A stretch of 64,000 nt of DNA from Alphaproteobacteria bacterium (GTDB taxonomy: Bacteria; Pseudomonadota; Alphaproteobacteria; Micavibrionales; Micavibrionaceae). Made by a program: the position numbers and the translations under genes. This document shows, one piece after another, positions 1 to 10,587 of the stretch. Numbering within the stretch: the first letter of the stretch is position 1; each line of letters begins with the position of its first letter. Location of the stretch: assembly GCA_030432025.1 (NCBI GenBank), contig JAUIIA010000002.1:207276-271275 (forward strand), written 5' to 3'. The notes under the pieces are model-generated. The model did not search any database and was not told the DNA's origin. It saw nothing but the letters and a program-made list of their open reading frames with translations.

Positions 1-1
1 A

Positions 2-160
2 ATCCACGAAGCCTACACGAACCTGCAAACCCGTGAAAAACGTGCAACATACAATCAACAATTACGCAGATTGCGGGCACGTAATGATAACTCAGCGAAC
101 AAAAGCCTGTTCGGTGCGTTTGGCCGATTGTTCAAGACTAGCCAAAGAAGACGGGGCTAA
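2..160 (+). CDS. J-domain protein, C-terminal fragment (5' end outside window)
   Basis: Open frame from the window edge to TAA 158-160. Translation IHEAYTNLQTREKRATYNQQL fits the helix III/IV signature of J domains (EAY..L.d..kR..Yd). Confidence 0.4.
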   Translation: MHEAYTNLQTREKRATYNQQLRRLRARNDNSANKSLFGAFGRLFKTSQRRRG

Positions 161-166
161 AGAGAC

Positions 167-1324
167 ATGAGCAAGGACTTTTACAAAACCCTCGGCCTTG
201 AAAGCGGTGCCAGTTCTGATGAAATCAAAAAAGCATACCGCAAGCTGGCGATGAAATATCACCCGGACCAGAACAAGGACAATCCGGAGGCAGAAGCCAA
301 GTTTAAGGAAATCAGCGAAGCTTACGAAATCCTGAAAGACGAGCAAAAGCGCGCAGCATACGACCGTTACGGCGCTGCGGCCTTTGACGGCTCCATGGGC
401 GGAGGCCCCGGGGGCCCTGGTGGCATGGGCGGAATGGGCGGAATGGGCGGTGCCGGCGCATTCTCCGATATTTTCGAGGACATGTTCGGCGACTTCATGG
501 GCGGACGCGGTCCGGGCGGTGCGCAACGCGGCTCAGACGTGCAATACACGCTCGAGCTAACCATGGAAGAAGCCTTCAAAGGCAAAGAAGCACAAATCAA
601 AATCCCTCTGGCCGATACTTGCGACCAATGTAAGGGAAGCGGTGCCAAAGACGGCTCGACAGCCGGAAGATGCTCGACTTGCGACGGCGCGGGACGTGTG
701 CGCCAACAACAAGGCTTCTTCACAATCGAACGCACCTGCCCGACCTGTCAGGGACAAGGCAACATCATCACCGACCCTTGTACAAAATGTGGCGGTGAAG
801 GACGCCTCAAGAAAGAAAAAACACTGAAGGTCAAAATCCCTGCAGGTGTTGATACAGGTCGACGCATCCGCCTGACAGGTGAAGGCGAAGCCGGAACACA
901 AGGCGGCCCCAAGGGCGACCTTTATGTCCTGCTGGCGATCAAGCCACACAAACTGTTCAAGCGTGACGGCGCCAACCTGTTCTGCCGTGTGCCGATCACG
1001 GTAACCAAAGCCTCGCTAGGCGGTGAAATGCAAGTCCCGACCATCGAAGGCAAGGTCACAAAAGTTAAAATCCCTGCGGGAACGCAGACGGGGCAGCAAT
1101 TCCGCCTTAAGGGAAAAGGCATGACCGTTCTGGGCAATGATGCGCGCGGTGATATGTATATCGAGGCCTTTGTCGAAACCCCCGTTAATCTGGACAAAAA
1201 ACAACAAGACCTGATGAAAAAGCTGGATAAAGACTTCGAAGACGACACGTCAGGAAAACACTCCCCCGAAGCCAGCGGTTTTTTCGGAAAAATGAAAGAT
1301 TTCTGGGACGATCTTAAAGACTAA
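167..1324 (+). CDS. dnaJ: Molecular chaperone DnaJ
   Basis: N-terminal J domain with HPD (KYHPDQN), a G/F-rich linker, four CxxCxGxG zinc-finger repeats and a typical C-terminal domain; 385 aa. Confidence 0.95.
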   Translation: MSKDFYKTLGLESGASSDEIKKAYRKLAMKYHPDQNKDNPEAEAKFKEISEAYEILKDEQKRAAYDRYGAAAFDGSMGGGPGGPGGMGGMGGMGGAGAFSDIFEDMFGDFMGGRGPGGAQRGSDVQYTLELTMEEAFKGKEAQIKIPLADTCDQCKGSGAKDGSTAGRCSTCDGAGRVRQQQGFFTIERTCPTCQGQGNIITDPCTKCGGEGRLKKEKTLKVKIPAGVDTGRRIRLTGEGEAGTQGGPKGDLYVLLAIKPHKLFKRDGANLFCRVPITVTKASLGGEMQVPTIEGKVTKVKIPAGTQTGQQFRLKGKGMTVLGNDARGDMYIEAFVETPVNLDKKQQDLMKKLDKDFEDDTSGKHSPEASGFFGKMKDFWDDLKD

Positions 1325-1363
1325 CCTCTTTAATTTCGGGACATTTTTACGTATAAGGCTTAT

Positions 1364-1774
1364 ATGGCCGAAGACACCCTTCTCACCCCTCTAAACTTTA
1401 ATGCTGCCGTCATTGGTAAGACTTTAAATGATGCTAAAGTCGGGGTAGATATCATTTTTGGCTATATCAGCGGGATGCCGCCGGACATTGCTGAAATCTC
1501 CGAAAATTATAACGATCTGGCAATCGCACTGATGGACCGCGGAATCGGTCAGGCGAATCTAGACAGAGCCTGTCAGGACCTTGCCGGACAAGTCCTCACC
1601 GCTGACTTCGATATCATGATCACCAAAAGCGACCTGCCCTTTGATGCCAGATGGTACTTAATCGGCGACTTAAAGGCGTTGATCGAAGCCGCCGAGACAG
1701 ACAGCGTCTCCCTCCCTTTTAGTGATTTCATGTGCGAAGACGTTAAAAATCACCTCAGCACCTACGGCGGCTAA
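1364..1774 (+). CDS. Hypothetical protein (136 aa)
   Basis: Clean ORF in the gap between dnaJ and dapB; no recognisable motif. Confidence 0.45.
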   Translation: MAEDTLLTPLNFNAAVIGKTLNDAKVGVDIIFGYISGMPPDIAEISENYNDLAIALMDRGIGQANLDRACQDLAGQVLTADFDIMITKSDLPFDARWYLIGDLKALIEAAETDSVSLPFSDFMCEDVKNHLSTYGG

Positions 1775-1960
1775 AGATAGATTCTTCCAACAATAAGACG
1801 AATGGCTTATGCTCGACCCGCAGCACAGAATTGACTATGCTTGCAACCACGGCCGCTTGGCGGCCCGCTAGCCCGAACAGGACGATGACGAAGACTTTGA
1901 AGATTCGTTCGCCATAAAGGCCGGCATCATCTTACAACCGCATACAAGTATGAGCGAAAA

Positions 1961-2725
1961 ATGAAAATAGGTGTTACAGGATATACAGGGCGTGTTGGCC
2001 AGCTTCTCATCCAGGAGTTGATCATGGGCAACTGGAAAACGTTGGAACTCGCAGGCGGCAGCGCACCCGATGCCTCCAAAGCCAGCTACTTCACAACGAA
2101 AGACCCGGTCGAACTATTCAAGAAAGCCGACGTGGTCGTAGATTTCAGCCGCCCCGAAGCCACACTGAAAAACCTTGAGCTTGCGGTTAAAACGGATACA
2201 AAGCTGGTAATCGGTACAACAGGCCTCAGCCATACTGATGAAGAAAAACTGCACAGCGCCGCCAAAGAGACCTCCATTGTCTACGCCGCCAATATGAGCG
2301 TCGGAGTAAATATCCTGCTCGCACTGGTCGAAAAAGCCGCTGCAGCCCTCGGCCCTGAAACTTGGGATATCGAGATATTTGAAAGCCATCATAAACACAA
2401 AGTCGATGCGCCGTCCGGCACAGCCCTCGCTGTCGGTAAAGCCGCCGCTAAAGGACGAGGCGTCGACCTTGAAGATGTTCGTGTTGCGCCGTATGACGGC
2501 ATTACCGGCGAACGGGAAGAAGGCTCAATCGCATTCTCCGTTGCGCGTGGCGGTGATGTCGTGGGTGAGCACACTGCTTACTTCTATGCTGAAGGCGAAC
2601 GCATCGAACTGACACACATTGCGACCAACCGTGCGCTATTTGCCAAAGGCGCGCTGAGAGCAGCACAATGGGTCGGCGACAAGCCTGCTGGTCTGTATTC
2701 AATGAAAGATGTATTGGGCCTATAA
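1961..2725 (+). CDS. dapB: 4-hydroxy-tetrahydrodipicolinate reductase
   Basis: N-terminal GxxGxxG (GVTGYTGRVG) and the conserved ESHHKHKVDAPSGTAL motif; 254 aa. Confidence 0.9.
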   Translation: MKIGVTGYTGRVGQLLIQELIMGNWKTLELAGGSAPDASKASYFTTKDPVELFKKADVVVDFSRPEATLKNLELAVKTDTKLVIGTTGLSHTDEEKLHSAAKETSIVYAANMSVGVNILLALVEKAAAALGPETWDIEIFESHHKHKVDAPSGTALAVGKAAAKGRGVDLEDVRVAPYDGITGEREEGSIAFSVARGGDVVGEHTAYFYAEGERIELTHIATNRALFAKGALRAAQWVGDKPAGLYSMKDVLGL

Positions 2726-2735
2726 ACCCTGCTGA

Positions 2736-3341
2736 TTAATGCGCTTCGGCGACCAATGCTGCCGCACCGCCGTCATCTGGCGGCGTTGGCTGCGGTGAAG
2801 ATCGGTAATCATCCAGTTGAACAACCTCACCCGATGAAATTTGCCCCTCAGTTTTGCCATGCGCGGAAAACGCTGCTCTGGATATTGTAGCGGGCGTTTC
2901 ATACTTATGCTCTTCGCCTCTGAATGACGCTTTCATCAAGCTGTGCGGCACGCTTTTCCATACGGCATCGAACTTTTCGCGATCCTGTTCCGGCCAGTCT
3001 TCATGCTCAAACACAGCACGGAATATACCTTCAACCTTGTCAGACACCGCTTCGTCTTCAAATGTGTACAGAGGCGCACTCGTACGAACGCGACCGGACG
3101 GGCCAATCGGCACATGCCTGCGCGCCCTTACGGCTTCTTCCAAACTGTCAAAATACATTTTGAATTCATCGACCGATTCATCCGGTGTCGGTGGATGTTC
3201 CACCAAGGCATCAAGCCACGGATGAATAATCTTGATTGTAGAAGGCGCTTCCTGTTCCGCAGATCCGCCAAAGGATGACCGTAGCGGCCATTTCATAAAA
3301 CCTAAACCCATTAAACCGTCTTTACTCGTAGCGTTACTCAA
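2736..3341 (-). CDS. Hypothetical protein (201 aa)
   Basis: Longest ORF in the interval; overlapping plus-strand ORFs are shorter and low-complexity; no family recognised. Confidence 0.45.
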   Translation of the reverse strand: MSNATSKDGLMGLGFMKWPLRSSFGGSAEQEAPSTIKIIHPWLDALVEHPPTPDESVDEFKMYFDSLEEAVRARRHVPIGPSGRVRTSAPLYTFEDEAVSDKVEGIFRAVFEHEDWPEQDREKFDAVWKSVPHSLMKASFRGEEHKYETPATISRAAFSAHGKTEGQISSGEVVQLDDYRSSPQPTPPDDGGAAALVAEAH

Positions 3342-3421
3342 TATTAGTGATACAGAATGTGTAACAAAATTATTATTTTATGTCAAACAAACTACACTAA
3401 TTAGTAATTTTTATGCCAAAA

Positions 3422-4255
3422 TTATAGACGACCTTCAAGCCCTAGGAGCAATTGTTTACGTGGGCTTCCCCAACCATAGTTATCGATAATGCCCGTTGAA
3501 CGGATGACACGGTGACAAGGAATAAGCAATGAGACGGGATTTGCCCCCACAGCATTGCCAACGGCGCGGGATGCTTTACGGGTGCACACCTCCTCCGCGA
3601 CGTCCATGTAAGTGACTGTTTCGCCTAACGGAATTCTCAAAAGCGCTTGCCACACCTGTATCTGGAAATTTGTACCATAGAGATCAAGCTTGAGCTTATT
3701 TGCTGCATCCCCCTGCCCGCGCCAGATTTGCATGATATGGGCGTTATCATTAGCGATAGCCTCATCATCATGCTCAAAATCAGCCAGTGGCCAATGCGCG
3801 TGGATACGACGCAGAACCTCTTCACGGCTTTCATCAACAATAAAACCGAGCCAGCATACGCCGCGCTCCGTGCGGCCAATACAAATCTCACCCAGAATTG
3901 TCGGCTGAAACCCGTAAGTGATGCGCAACCCCTTTCCTCGCCCCTGCACGTTACCTGGGGTTACCCCCTCACATGACACGAACAAATCATAAAGTCGCCC
4001 CGTCCCCGAAAGCCCCGCTTCCAAAGCGACATCCAGCGTCCCTTGCCCGTCCTCCAGCAGCTTTCTGGCCTGACGCATATGCATATACTGACAAAGCCTC
4101 TTCGGGCTGATCCCGACATGCTCCTTAAATAGCTTTTGAAAATGCGTCGGCTCATACCCCGCCCGTTTTGCCAGAAACTCAAGACTCGGATTATCCTGAT
4201 AATGCGCGACCAGATAATCGATACTTTCCGCAATTGTTTGATATGCAACGCTCAT
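3422..4255 (-). CDS. AraC-type HTH fused to methylated-DNA--protein-cysteine methyltransferase (Ada/Ogt-like)
   Basis: N-terminal AraC HTH (HFQKLFKEHVGISPKRL) and a C-terminal MGMT domain with the active-site motif IPCHRV; 277 aa. Confidence 0.85.
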   Translation of the reverse strand: MSVAYQTIAESIDYLVAHYQDNPSLEFLAKRAGYEPTHFQKLFKEHVGISPKRLCQYMHMRQARKLLEDGQGTLDVALEAGLSGTGRLYDLFVSCEGVTPGNVQGRGKGLRITYGFQPTILGEICIGRTERGVCWLGFIVDESREEVLRRIHAHWPLADFEHDDEAIANDNAHIMQIWRGQGDAANKLKLDLYGTNFQIQVWQALLRIPLGETVTYMDVAEEVCTRKASRAVGNAVGANPVSLLIPCHRVIRSTGIIDNYGWGSPRKQLLLGLEGRL

Positions 4256-4335
4256 AGGACTAATCTACTCTGAGCAAACAAAGTGTGCCAACCCGATTCT
4301 TGTGCAGGGAATTGGCAACAGCAGGGAAAATACGT

Positions 4336-5199
4336 ATGGCCGAAAATTTTTCAATGGGCCAGATTCTGGATCTTGTAACCGATGTTGGTGACAACATCGT
4401 GATGAAGTACTTTCAAAAAGTCGACAGCATCGACAAAGACGATGGCTCGCCTGTCACAATCGCCGACAAGGAAGCCAGCGCCGCTATCATAAAAGGTTTG
4501 GGTATTATCACGCCTGACATTCCTGTGGTTTCCGAAGAACAAAGCATGGAAAAAAACCTCGCAGCTATCCGTTCATCGAACCGTGCCTGGGTTACGGACC
4601 CCATCGACGGCACACGCAGCTTTCTGGACGGCTATGACGGGTTCGGGGTGCATGTCGGCCTCATTGAAAACGGCGTTCCCGTACACGGCGTGGCTTACTT
4701 CCCTGCCCAGCAACGCGCTTACTTCACATGGGATGACGGCAAAGCCTATATGCAGCACGGCTTCGAAGACGCAGAACAGATACAGGCGCACCGGCATCTG
4801 GATGGCCCGTTACGTGTCGCCGTACCATGGAAACGCAATAAACCGCCGGAAACCATTAACGGCCACCCCTATGAACAAGTGCGCGGTGTCGGCGGAGAGC
4901 AAGTATGCTTTACAGCCGCGGGCAAAGTCCACCTCTTCCCCTATGACGGCCGCCACGGCGATACCCCGCCCGAAGAGCGCCTCGTCTATGCATGGTGGGA
5001 TGTAGCCGCCGCCCATGCCGTTTTAAAACGTGCAGGCGGTGATATGTACGGCCTATTTGATGGTCAACCGATACGGTATAACGACGACAGCCTCGCAGTC
5101 AGGCCGCTGGTGGCCGGTACCCCAACACTACTAAAGCAGCTCGGCTTCAATATTAACGACGGCCCGACCGCCACAAACGCACCCACCGCCGAACAATAA
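4336..5199 (+). CDS. Inositol monophosphatase family protein (CysQ-like 3'(2'),5'-bisphosphate nucleotidase)
   Basis: Motifs EEQ and WVTDPIDGTRSFL. The ORF opens at GTG 4285; the first ATG is at 4336, and the start is uncertain. Confidence 0.75.
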   Translation: MAENFSMGQILDLVTDVGDNIVMKYFQKVDSIDKDDGSPVTIADKEASAAIIKGLGIITPDIPVVSEEQSMEKNLAAIRSSNRAWVTDPIDGTRSFLDGYDGFGVHVGLIENGVPVHGVAYFPAQQRAYFTWDDGKAYMQHGFEDAEQIQAHRHLDGPLRVAVPWKRNKPPETINGHPYEQVRGVGGEQVCFTAAGKVHLFPYDGRHGDTPPEERLVYAWWDVAAAHAVLKRAGGDMYGLFDGQPIRYNDDSLAVRPLVAGTPTLLKQLGFNINDGPTATNAPTAEQ

Positions 5200-5240
5200 G
5201 CCCTTGAGCTTGGGAGCCGATATGCGTATTCAAAATATCT

Positions 5241-5897
5241 ATGGCTGAATTCAAAACCAAAAAGATGAGCAAAGAAGCCGTGCATGAGTTTTTTGCACGT
5301 TTGCGTGAAGACAACCCTGAGCCGAAAAGCGATCTGGAATGGACGAACGCCTATACATTACTGGTTGCTGTGACCCTGTCCGCACAGGCAACAGACGAAG
5401 GCGTAAACCGCGCCACAAAGGATCTGTTTAAGATCGCAGATACGCCGCAAAAGATGCTAGACCTCGGCTTGGATGGGCTGAAGGAACATATCAAAACCAT
5501 CGGCCTGTATAACAATAAGGCCAAAAACGTCATCGCCATGGCGGAAATCCTGATCAAGGACCATAACGGCAAAGTCCCCGACACGCGCGAGGAATTGGTC
5601 AAATTACCGGGCGTTGGCCGCAAAACTGCGAATGTAGTCCTGAATATCGTGTTCAAAGAGCCGACCATGGCCGTGGATACGCATATATTCCGTGTTTCCA
5701 ACCGCACGGGCATGGCCAAAGGCAAAAACCCCGATCAGGTCGAACAAGCGTTACTGAAGGTCGTGCCGGATGAATTCGCGCTGCATGCGCACCACTGGCT
5801 CATCCTGCAAGGACGTTACACATGCAAAGCCCGCAAACCCGATTGCGGCGTTTGCAAAGTCTACGACCTGTGCAATTTCAAAGAAAAGACAGCCTAA
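5241..5897 (+). CDS. nth: Endonuclease III
   Basis: HhH-GPD motif LPGVGRKTANVVL and a C-terminal 4Fe-4S cluster CxxxxxxCxxCxxxxxC; 218 aa. Confidence 0.92.
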   Translation: MAEFKTKKMSKEAVHEFFARLREDNPEPKSDLEWTNAYTLLVAVTLSAQATDEGVNRATKDLFKIADTPQKMLDLGLDGLKEHIKTIGLYNNKAKNVIAMAEILIKDHNGKVPDTREELVKLPGVGRKTANVVLNIVFKEPTMAVDTHIFRVSNRTGMAKGKNPDQVEQALLKVVPDEFALHAHHWLILQGRYTCKARKPDCGVCKVYDLCNFKEKTA

Positions 5898-6464
5898 TTA
5901 CTGGGATTTATAGATTGATTCAAAGCTGACGAAGCGGCTTGGCGTTGTATCGCGTACGAGGTTGCTGACGCAGTTGTCATTCGCATATTCCTCTGTCACC
6001 TCATCATGACGCGGACGGGCCTCAAAATGAACGACAGGCGCTTTAAGAGCTTTTGCAGATGGCGTAGTGAAGTACAGGTCCACAACACAAGCCTCATTGC
6101 GGTACTGCCAAACAATCGTCGGCGCATCACGGCGGACCAGCTCAGGCTGATCAAGCACCGCACGGATCTCTGCACCCGTCAAATTAAACAACTCTTCATG
6201 GTTACGAAGGATTTTCTGACGGATCATGCGTTTCTGCGGCAAAGAATAACGGCCGTCTTCGACGATCATGCGGCCACCAAACGATGTAGACGACGCCAAC
6301 GCGTCACGCTTGATCATCACAAATGACTGTAACGCAATAAACAATACGCACGTCGCCGCGCATGCGCCAATAAAACTCAACTGTTTTCTATTCATATCTA
6401 CTCTTAAAGCGGCCGTTTCAAAACTTCGTGGCGCTCGCTTTAACCTCGTGTTCTTCAAGAACAC
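5898..6464 (-). CDS. Hypothetical membrane-anchored protein (188 aa)
   Basis: ORF with one N-terminal hydrophobic helix (LSFIGACAATCVLFIALQSFVMI); no family recognised. Confidence 0.5.
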   Translation of the reverse strand: MFLKNTRLKRAPRSFETAALRVDMNRKQLSFIGACAATCVLFIALQSFVMIKRDALASSTSFGGRMIVEDGRYSLPQKRMIRQKILRNHEELFNLTGAEIRAVLDQPELVRRDAPTIVWQYRNEACVVDLYFTTPSAKALKAPVVHFEARPRHDEVTEEYANDNCVSNLVRDTTPSRFVSFESIYKSQ

Positions 6465-6571
6465 TGTGCCCTTTTAAAATAAGAACCAGGCCGCGAAGCC
6501 TGGTTGCTTAAAAAATCTGTATGGGGGTATACCCTGTTTATGCGCTAAATGCCAAGAAAAATCTTTAAAGG

Positions 6572-7375
6572 TTACTCAGCAGCAGCTGTCGCCTTGCTGA
6601 ACAGCTCACCATCGCTGTTTGCAGGCTCTGGAGCTTTCTCACTTTTTGCTGCTGGCTTTGCTTGAGCTTTTTGCGCCGGCTTTTTTGCCGCTGTCGCCGG
6701 CGCTGCCGCTAAAGGGGTCAGCTTACCGTCAACTGTAGCACCTGCTTCGATCTCGATTTCTTTGTAAGAGATAGAGCCTGTAACAGCACCACCGGATGAG
6801 ATTGTCAGACGACCATTTACTGTGATGTCGCCTTCGAAACGGCCAGCAATGTTGGCTTCGTTGATTTCAACAGTACCGTAGAATACGCCTGCTTCGGCAA
6901 TTTCAAGGACGTTAGCGCCTTTAAGAGCGGCTTCAACTGTACCTTCAACCAAAAGATAATCACAAGATTCGATCTCACCGGACATTGTAATGCCAGGGCC
7001 GATTGTCAAACGACGGTCAGAAGCAGACGCTTCGGATGATGTGCTCGCTGTTGCTGCTGCACCTGGGTATGCGCCCGGGTAGCCGCCTGTGCGCACTGCC
7101 GCTTGTGGGGCACGCTGGTAAGTCGTCGCAGGTGTAGGTTCCTGTGGTGTTTTTTCTGGTTCAGTCATTGGTGTTTCGTCCTTTTGGTCTTGGGTCTCTG
7201 GAGTTGCTTGAGTGGTTTGTCCCTGTGATGCCTGCGACGTTGCAGGATTATTATTCTGTGATGACGCAGCGCTGGCTGTTTGGCTTTGCGATGCGGATTC
7301 TGTTTGTTGTTCGTCGTCTTGTCCTTCAGACTTTACTCTGTGAAACATAGGAATCAAACCTCTCATAAAAGGCAA
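6572..7375 (-). CDS. Bactofilin family cytoskeletal protein
   Basis: Central beta-helical bactofilin core (GTVEINEANIAGRFEGDITVNGRLTISSGGAVTGSISYKEIEIEAGATVDGKL) flanked by Q/T/S-rich and A/K/P-rich low-complexity tails. Confidence 0.85.
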   Translation of the reverse strand: MPFMRGLIPMFHRVKSEGQDDEQQTESASQSQTASAASSQNNNPATSQASQGQTTQATPETQDQKDETPMTEPEKTPQEPTPATTYQRAPQAAVRTGGYPGAYPGAAATASTSSEASASDRRLTIGPGITMSGEIESCDYLLVEGTVEAALKGANVLEIAEAGVFYGTVEINEANIAGRFEGDITVNGRLTISSGGAVTGSISYKEIEIEAGATVDGKLTPLAAAPATAAKKPAQKAQAKPAAKSEKAPEPANSDGELFSKATAAAE

Positions 7376-7528
7376 ATACGTATTCGTATTTGCAGTTGTT
7401 AAACGAATGTTGTGATTTTTCGGAACGTAACACGAGGCCTTAAAACCCGCAAGATATCTTTGAGGCTTTTCTTATAAAATTTTGATTTATCAGGAAAAGT
7501 TTTTGTGAGTTAAAGTTATTTCTTAAAA

Positions 7529-9394
7529 TCAATGAAAGTGATCATAAATTTTCTGCGCGACCGATTTTGAAATCCCCTCGACCTTCTGCAGGTCCTCAAC
7601 CGCCGCACCCGAAACCGCCTTGGCCGAGCCGAAATAATGCAGAAGCGCCTTCTTACGCTTTGCCCCCACACCCGGCACCCCGTCCAGCGGTGAAGACGTC
7701 AACTGTTTTTGCCTGCGCGCACGGTGAGTACCGATTGCGAAGCGGTGAGCCTCATCGCGCAAACGCTGCAAATAATGCAGTCCCGCATCGTTTTCCGGCA
7801 ACATAAAAGGTTGCTTACCAATCATATGGAACTGCTCCCGCCCTGCATTTCTGTCCGGCCCCTTGGAGATCGCCACAACGGTCAAAGCATCAAGCACACC
7901 GTAATCTTCCAACACCTCCCGCACCGCGTTGAGTTGCCCCAAACCGCCGTCAATCAGCAATAAATCAGGCCAGTCCGCGCCCTCCATGTCCGGCGTTTCC
8001 TTCAATGCACGCTTGAAGCGGCGCTCCATAACCTCTCGCATCATGCCGTAATCATCGGCCTCATCCGCGGTTTTAATATTGAATTTGCGATATGCGTTTT
8101 TCGCGAACCCCTCTTGGTCCGCCACAATCATCGCTCCAACCATATTCGTACCGGAAATATGCGAGTTATCATAAACCTCGATACGCTTTGGCGGGTCATC
8201 CATTGTAAATGTTTCCGCAACGCTTCGTATCAATTTACTTTCATTGGCAAGTCTGCTCGTCCGGCGGTCCAGTGCCGCCAAGGCATTACGTTCCACGAAA
8301 TCAATCACGCGCTTACGGTCTCCGCGTGATGGCTTGGATATTGTCACCTTGGACTCCAGCTTCGTCGCGAGCGCCTCTTCCAAAACCCCTTTACCAGAAG
8401 GCGCTACATTCACCAGAATATCCTTAGCGGTTGGCTTACTCTCATAGAACTGCGCAAGGAAAGCGCCCATAATATCTTCGACGATGTCATCCTTACCATG
8501 TGATGGAAAATACGACCGGTTGCCGTAATTTTGCCCTGCACGGAAAAAGAACACCTGCACACATGTCGTGCCTTCTTTCTGAACCAGCGCGAACACATCG
8601 GCATTTTTAAGACCTTCAATATTGATGTCCTGCTTCGCCTGAATAGAGGTCAAAGCACTAATGCGGTCGCGGAACGCCGCTGCCTGCTCATAATCCATCG
8701 CATCACTGGCCGCACTCATCTTCTTCGATAAGCGCTTCTTGATCGCATCGCTCTTACCTTCCAGAAACTCTTCCGCTTCCCTAACCTGTTCCGCATACTC
8801 ATCCTTCGCGACTTTACCGACACACGGCGCGGTACAACGTTTGATGTGGTACTGCAAACACGGGCGGCTACGTTGTGCGAAATAACTGTCGGTACAGTTA
8901 CGGATCATAAACACACGTTGCAGAATTGCGATGGTACGGTTTACATCCCCTGCACTCGCAAAAGGCCCGTAATACTTACCTTTCGGCTTCTTGGCGCCAC
9001 GGTGTTTGACGATTTGGGGAAAGTCGTGGTCATCACGTAACAATATAAAAGGAAAGGACTTTCCATCCCTGAGAAGGATGTTAAAGCGCGGCTGAAGCTT
9101 CTTGATCAGGTTGGATTCCAACAACAACGCCTCTACTTCCGTCGCCGTATGTACAAACTCCATCCTTTCAGTCGACGCAACCATTCGTTGTATTCTAAAA
9201 GATAGAGCTTGCGGGCGCGTGTAGGAACTCACCCGCTTCTTTAAAGACTTAGCCTTACCGACATACAAGACCTCGCCGTCACTCGCCAGCATGCGGTACA
9301 CACCAGGCGTATCAGGCAAGCGGTCAACATAGCCTTGTATAACCTCACTGCCTCTTGTTATCGGCGATTTCTGCTTTTCACTCATACTCTTCAA
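7529..9394 (-). CDS. uvrC: Excinuclease ABC subunit C
   Basis: GIY-YIG N-terminus (GVYRM...VLYVGKAKSLKKR), a UVR domain, an endonuclease V-like domain and a C-terminal (HhH)2; 621 aa. Confidence 0.95.
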   Translation of the reverse strand: MKSMSEKQKSPITRGSEVIQGYVDRLPDTPGVYRMLASDGEVLYVGKAKSLKKRVSSYTRPQALSFRIQRMVASTERMEFVHTATEVEALLLESNLIKKLQPRFNILLRDGKSFPFILLRDDHDFPQIVKHRGAKKPKGKYYGPFASAGDVNRTIAILQRVFMIRNCTDSYFAQRSRPCLQYHIKRCTAPCVGKVAKDEYAEQVREAEEFLEGKSDAIKKRLSKKMSAASDAMDYEQAAAFRDRISALTSIQAKQDINIEGLKNADVFALVQKEGTTCVQVFFFRAGQNYGNRSYFPSHGKDDIVEDIMGAFLAQFYESKPTAKDILVNVAPSGKGVLEEALATKLESKVTISKPSRGDRKRVIDFVERNALAALDRRTSRLANESKLIRSVAETFTMDDPPKRIEVYDNSHISGTNMVGAMIVADQEGFAKNAYRKFNIKTADEADDYGMMREVMERRFKRALKETPDMEGADWPDLLLIDGGLGQLNAVREVLEDYGVLDALTVVAISKGPDRNAGREQFHMIGKQPFMLPENDAGLHYLQRLRDEAHRFAIGTHRARRQKQLTSSPLDGVPGVGAKRKKALLHYFGSAKAVSGAAVEDLQKVEGISKSVAQKIYDHFH

Positions 9395-9640
9395 ACTATG
9401 CGCGGATTAGCCCCTTAACAAGATCAAAATACAATTAAAATCAATGATTTCCAGCGTCCCGCCTATACCAAAGAATACTTTTTTCTTGACAAACTTTCAT
9501 TTTTGGCAACTATTGATTGAAAAAAACAAAACAAGTACACATTATAAAAAATGACGTGGGGTTATTTTATGATGTCGATACGAATAGAGGTGATGTGTGT
9601 GGGATTTCAAAACAACGCAGACTTTGGGAGAAAACGCTTT

Positions 9641-10258
9641 ATGAAGCATTATCAAATCCGTTCCATTGAAAAACGAACGATCTTATTCGAGGGATTTTTT
9701 GAAAATTTTAAAACCTGCCTCGAAAACGCCGTTGCGGATAAAGCAATCTTAAACCACGCAGACCTCACCAACCGGAATCTAACAAATGTGAATTTGGATG
9801 ACGCAATCATGCCCGGCGCTAATTTCACCAACTCCAACCTTACCGGTGCCAATATGTCTGAAGCCTATTTTAAGGATGCGCGCTTTAACGGAGCCGCGCT
9901 TTACAACACCTGCTTTTATGACAGCAACCTGACAGGGTGCGATTTTACAGATGCCTCCTTCGGCGCCACCGATATTTTTGGTACCATTATCAGCAACGCC
10001 CGTTTCTCTACACTCTCCTGCTTCACTTTAGACTTTCAGAGTGTCCGCAACATGGACGGATGCCTCTACATAAGCCGTGACGGCCATATATGCCGCATGT
10101 CCAAACCACCGCTTGTCGTCCACGGCTACACCCGCAAGCCGATTATCTTCATGGATGATCACGTGAAAGCCGGACACAATCTCATCGACTCAAAACGCCT
10201 AAAACCATTGGCAAAAAAGTTGACTAGCCGTTTAATTAATACACGCCTCGCCAGATAG
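9641..10258 (+). CDS. Pentapeptide repeat protein
   Basis: Run of A(D/N)LxX pentapeptides (ADLTNRNLTNVNLDDAIMPGANFTNSNLTGANMSEAYFKDARF...). The ORF opens at 9551, but ATG 9641 has a GGGAG about 10 nt upstream. Confidence 0.8.
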   Translation: MKHYQIRSIEKRTILFEGFFENFKTCLENAVADKAILNHADLTNRNLTNVNLDDAIMPGANFTNSNLTGANMSEAYFKDARFNGAALYNTCFYDSNLTGCDFTDASFGATDIFGTIISNARFSTLSCFTLDFQSVRNMDGCLYISRDGHICRMSKPPLVVHGYTRKPIIFMDDHVKAGHNLIDSKRLKPLAKKLTSRLINTRLAR

Positions 10259-10412
10259 TGCGATTGCCGATTGCATCGCGAAAGCCCTTTCTTTATAAAG
10301 CGAAGACTATGTTGAAAAGATTGCGTTTTTGACTAGGCACGACGAGCAAAATGTATAAAACATACATGAGCGATGAAATCACGCTGACACTAACGCAAGA
10401 TAGAAGCAAAAT

Positions 10413-10498
10413 GGGCCCGTGGCGGAATGGTAGACGCTGCAGACTTAAAATCTGTTGTCCGTAAGGACGTGCGAGTTCAAGTCTCGCCGGGCCCACCA
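10413..10498 (+). tRNA. tRNA-Leu (anticodon UAA), type II with long variable arm, CCA encoded
   Basis: Hand-folded. Acceptor GGGCCCG/CGGGCCC, anticodon stem GCAGA/TCTGT with loop CTTAAAA, T arm GCGAG-TTCAAGT-CTCGC, discriminator A plus CCA. Closely parallels the E. coli tRNA-Leu(UAA) layout. Confidence 0.9.
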
Positions 10499-10587
10499 CC
10501 CTTTGCAGGATGTTTATCTTTAAAAACACGCTGCATGTGCGATGAAGTGAACTCGCATTGTTTATAAAAGCATTCGCGGGAGCGAAT

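Noticed and set aside
92-735. Minus-strand ORFs (92..526 and 367..735) under dnaJ.
   Set aside because: They lie antisense to the dnaJ G/F-rich and zinc-finger regions. Their Pro/Gly/Ala-rich translations are artefacts of the GGC-repeat region.
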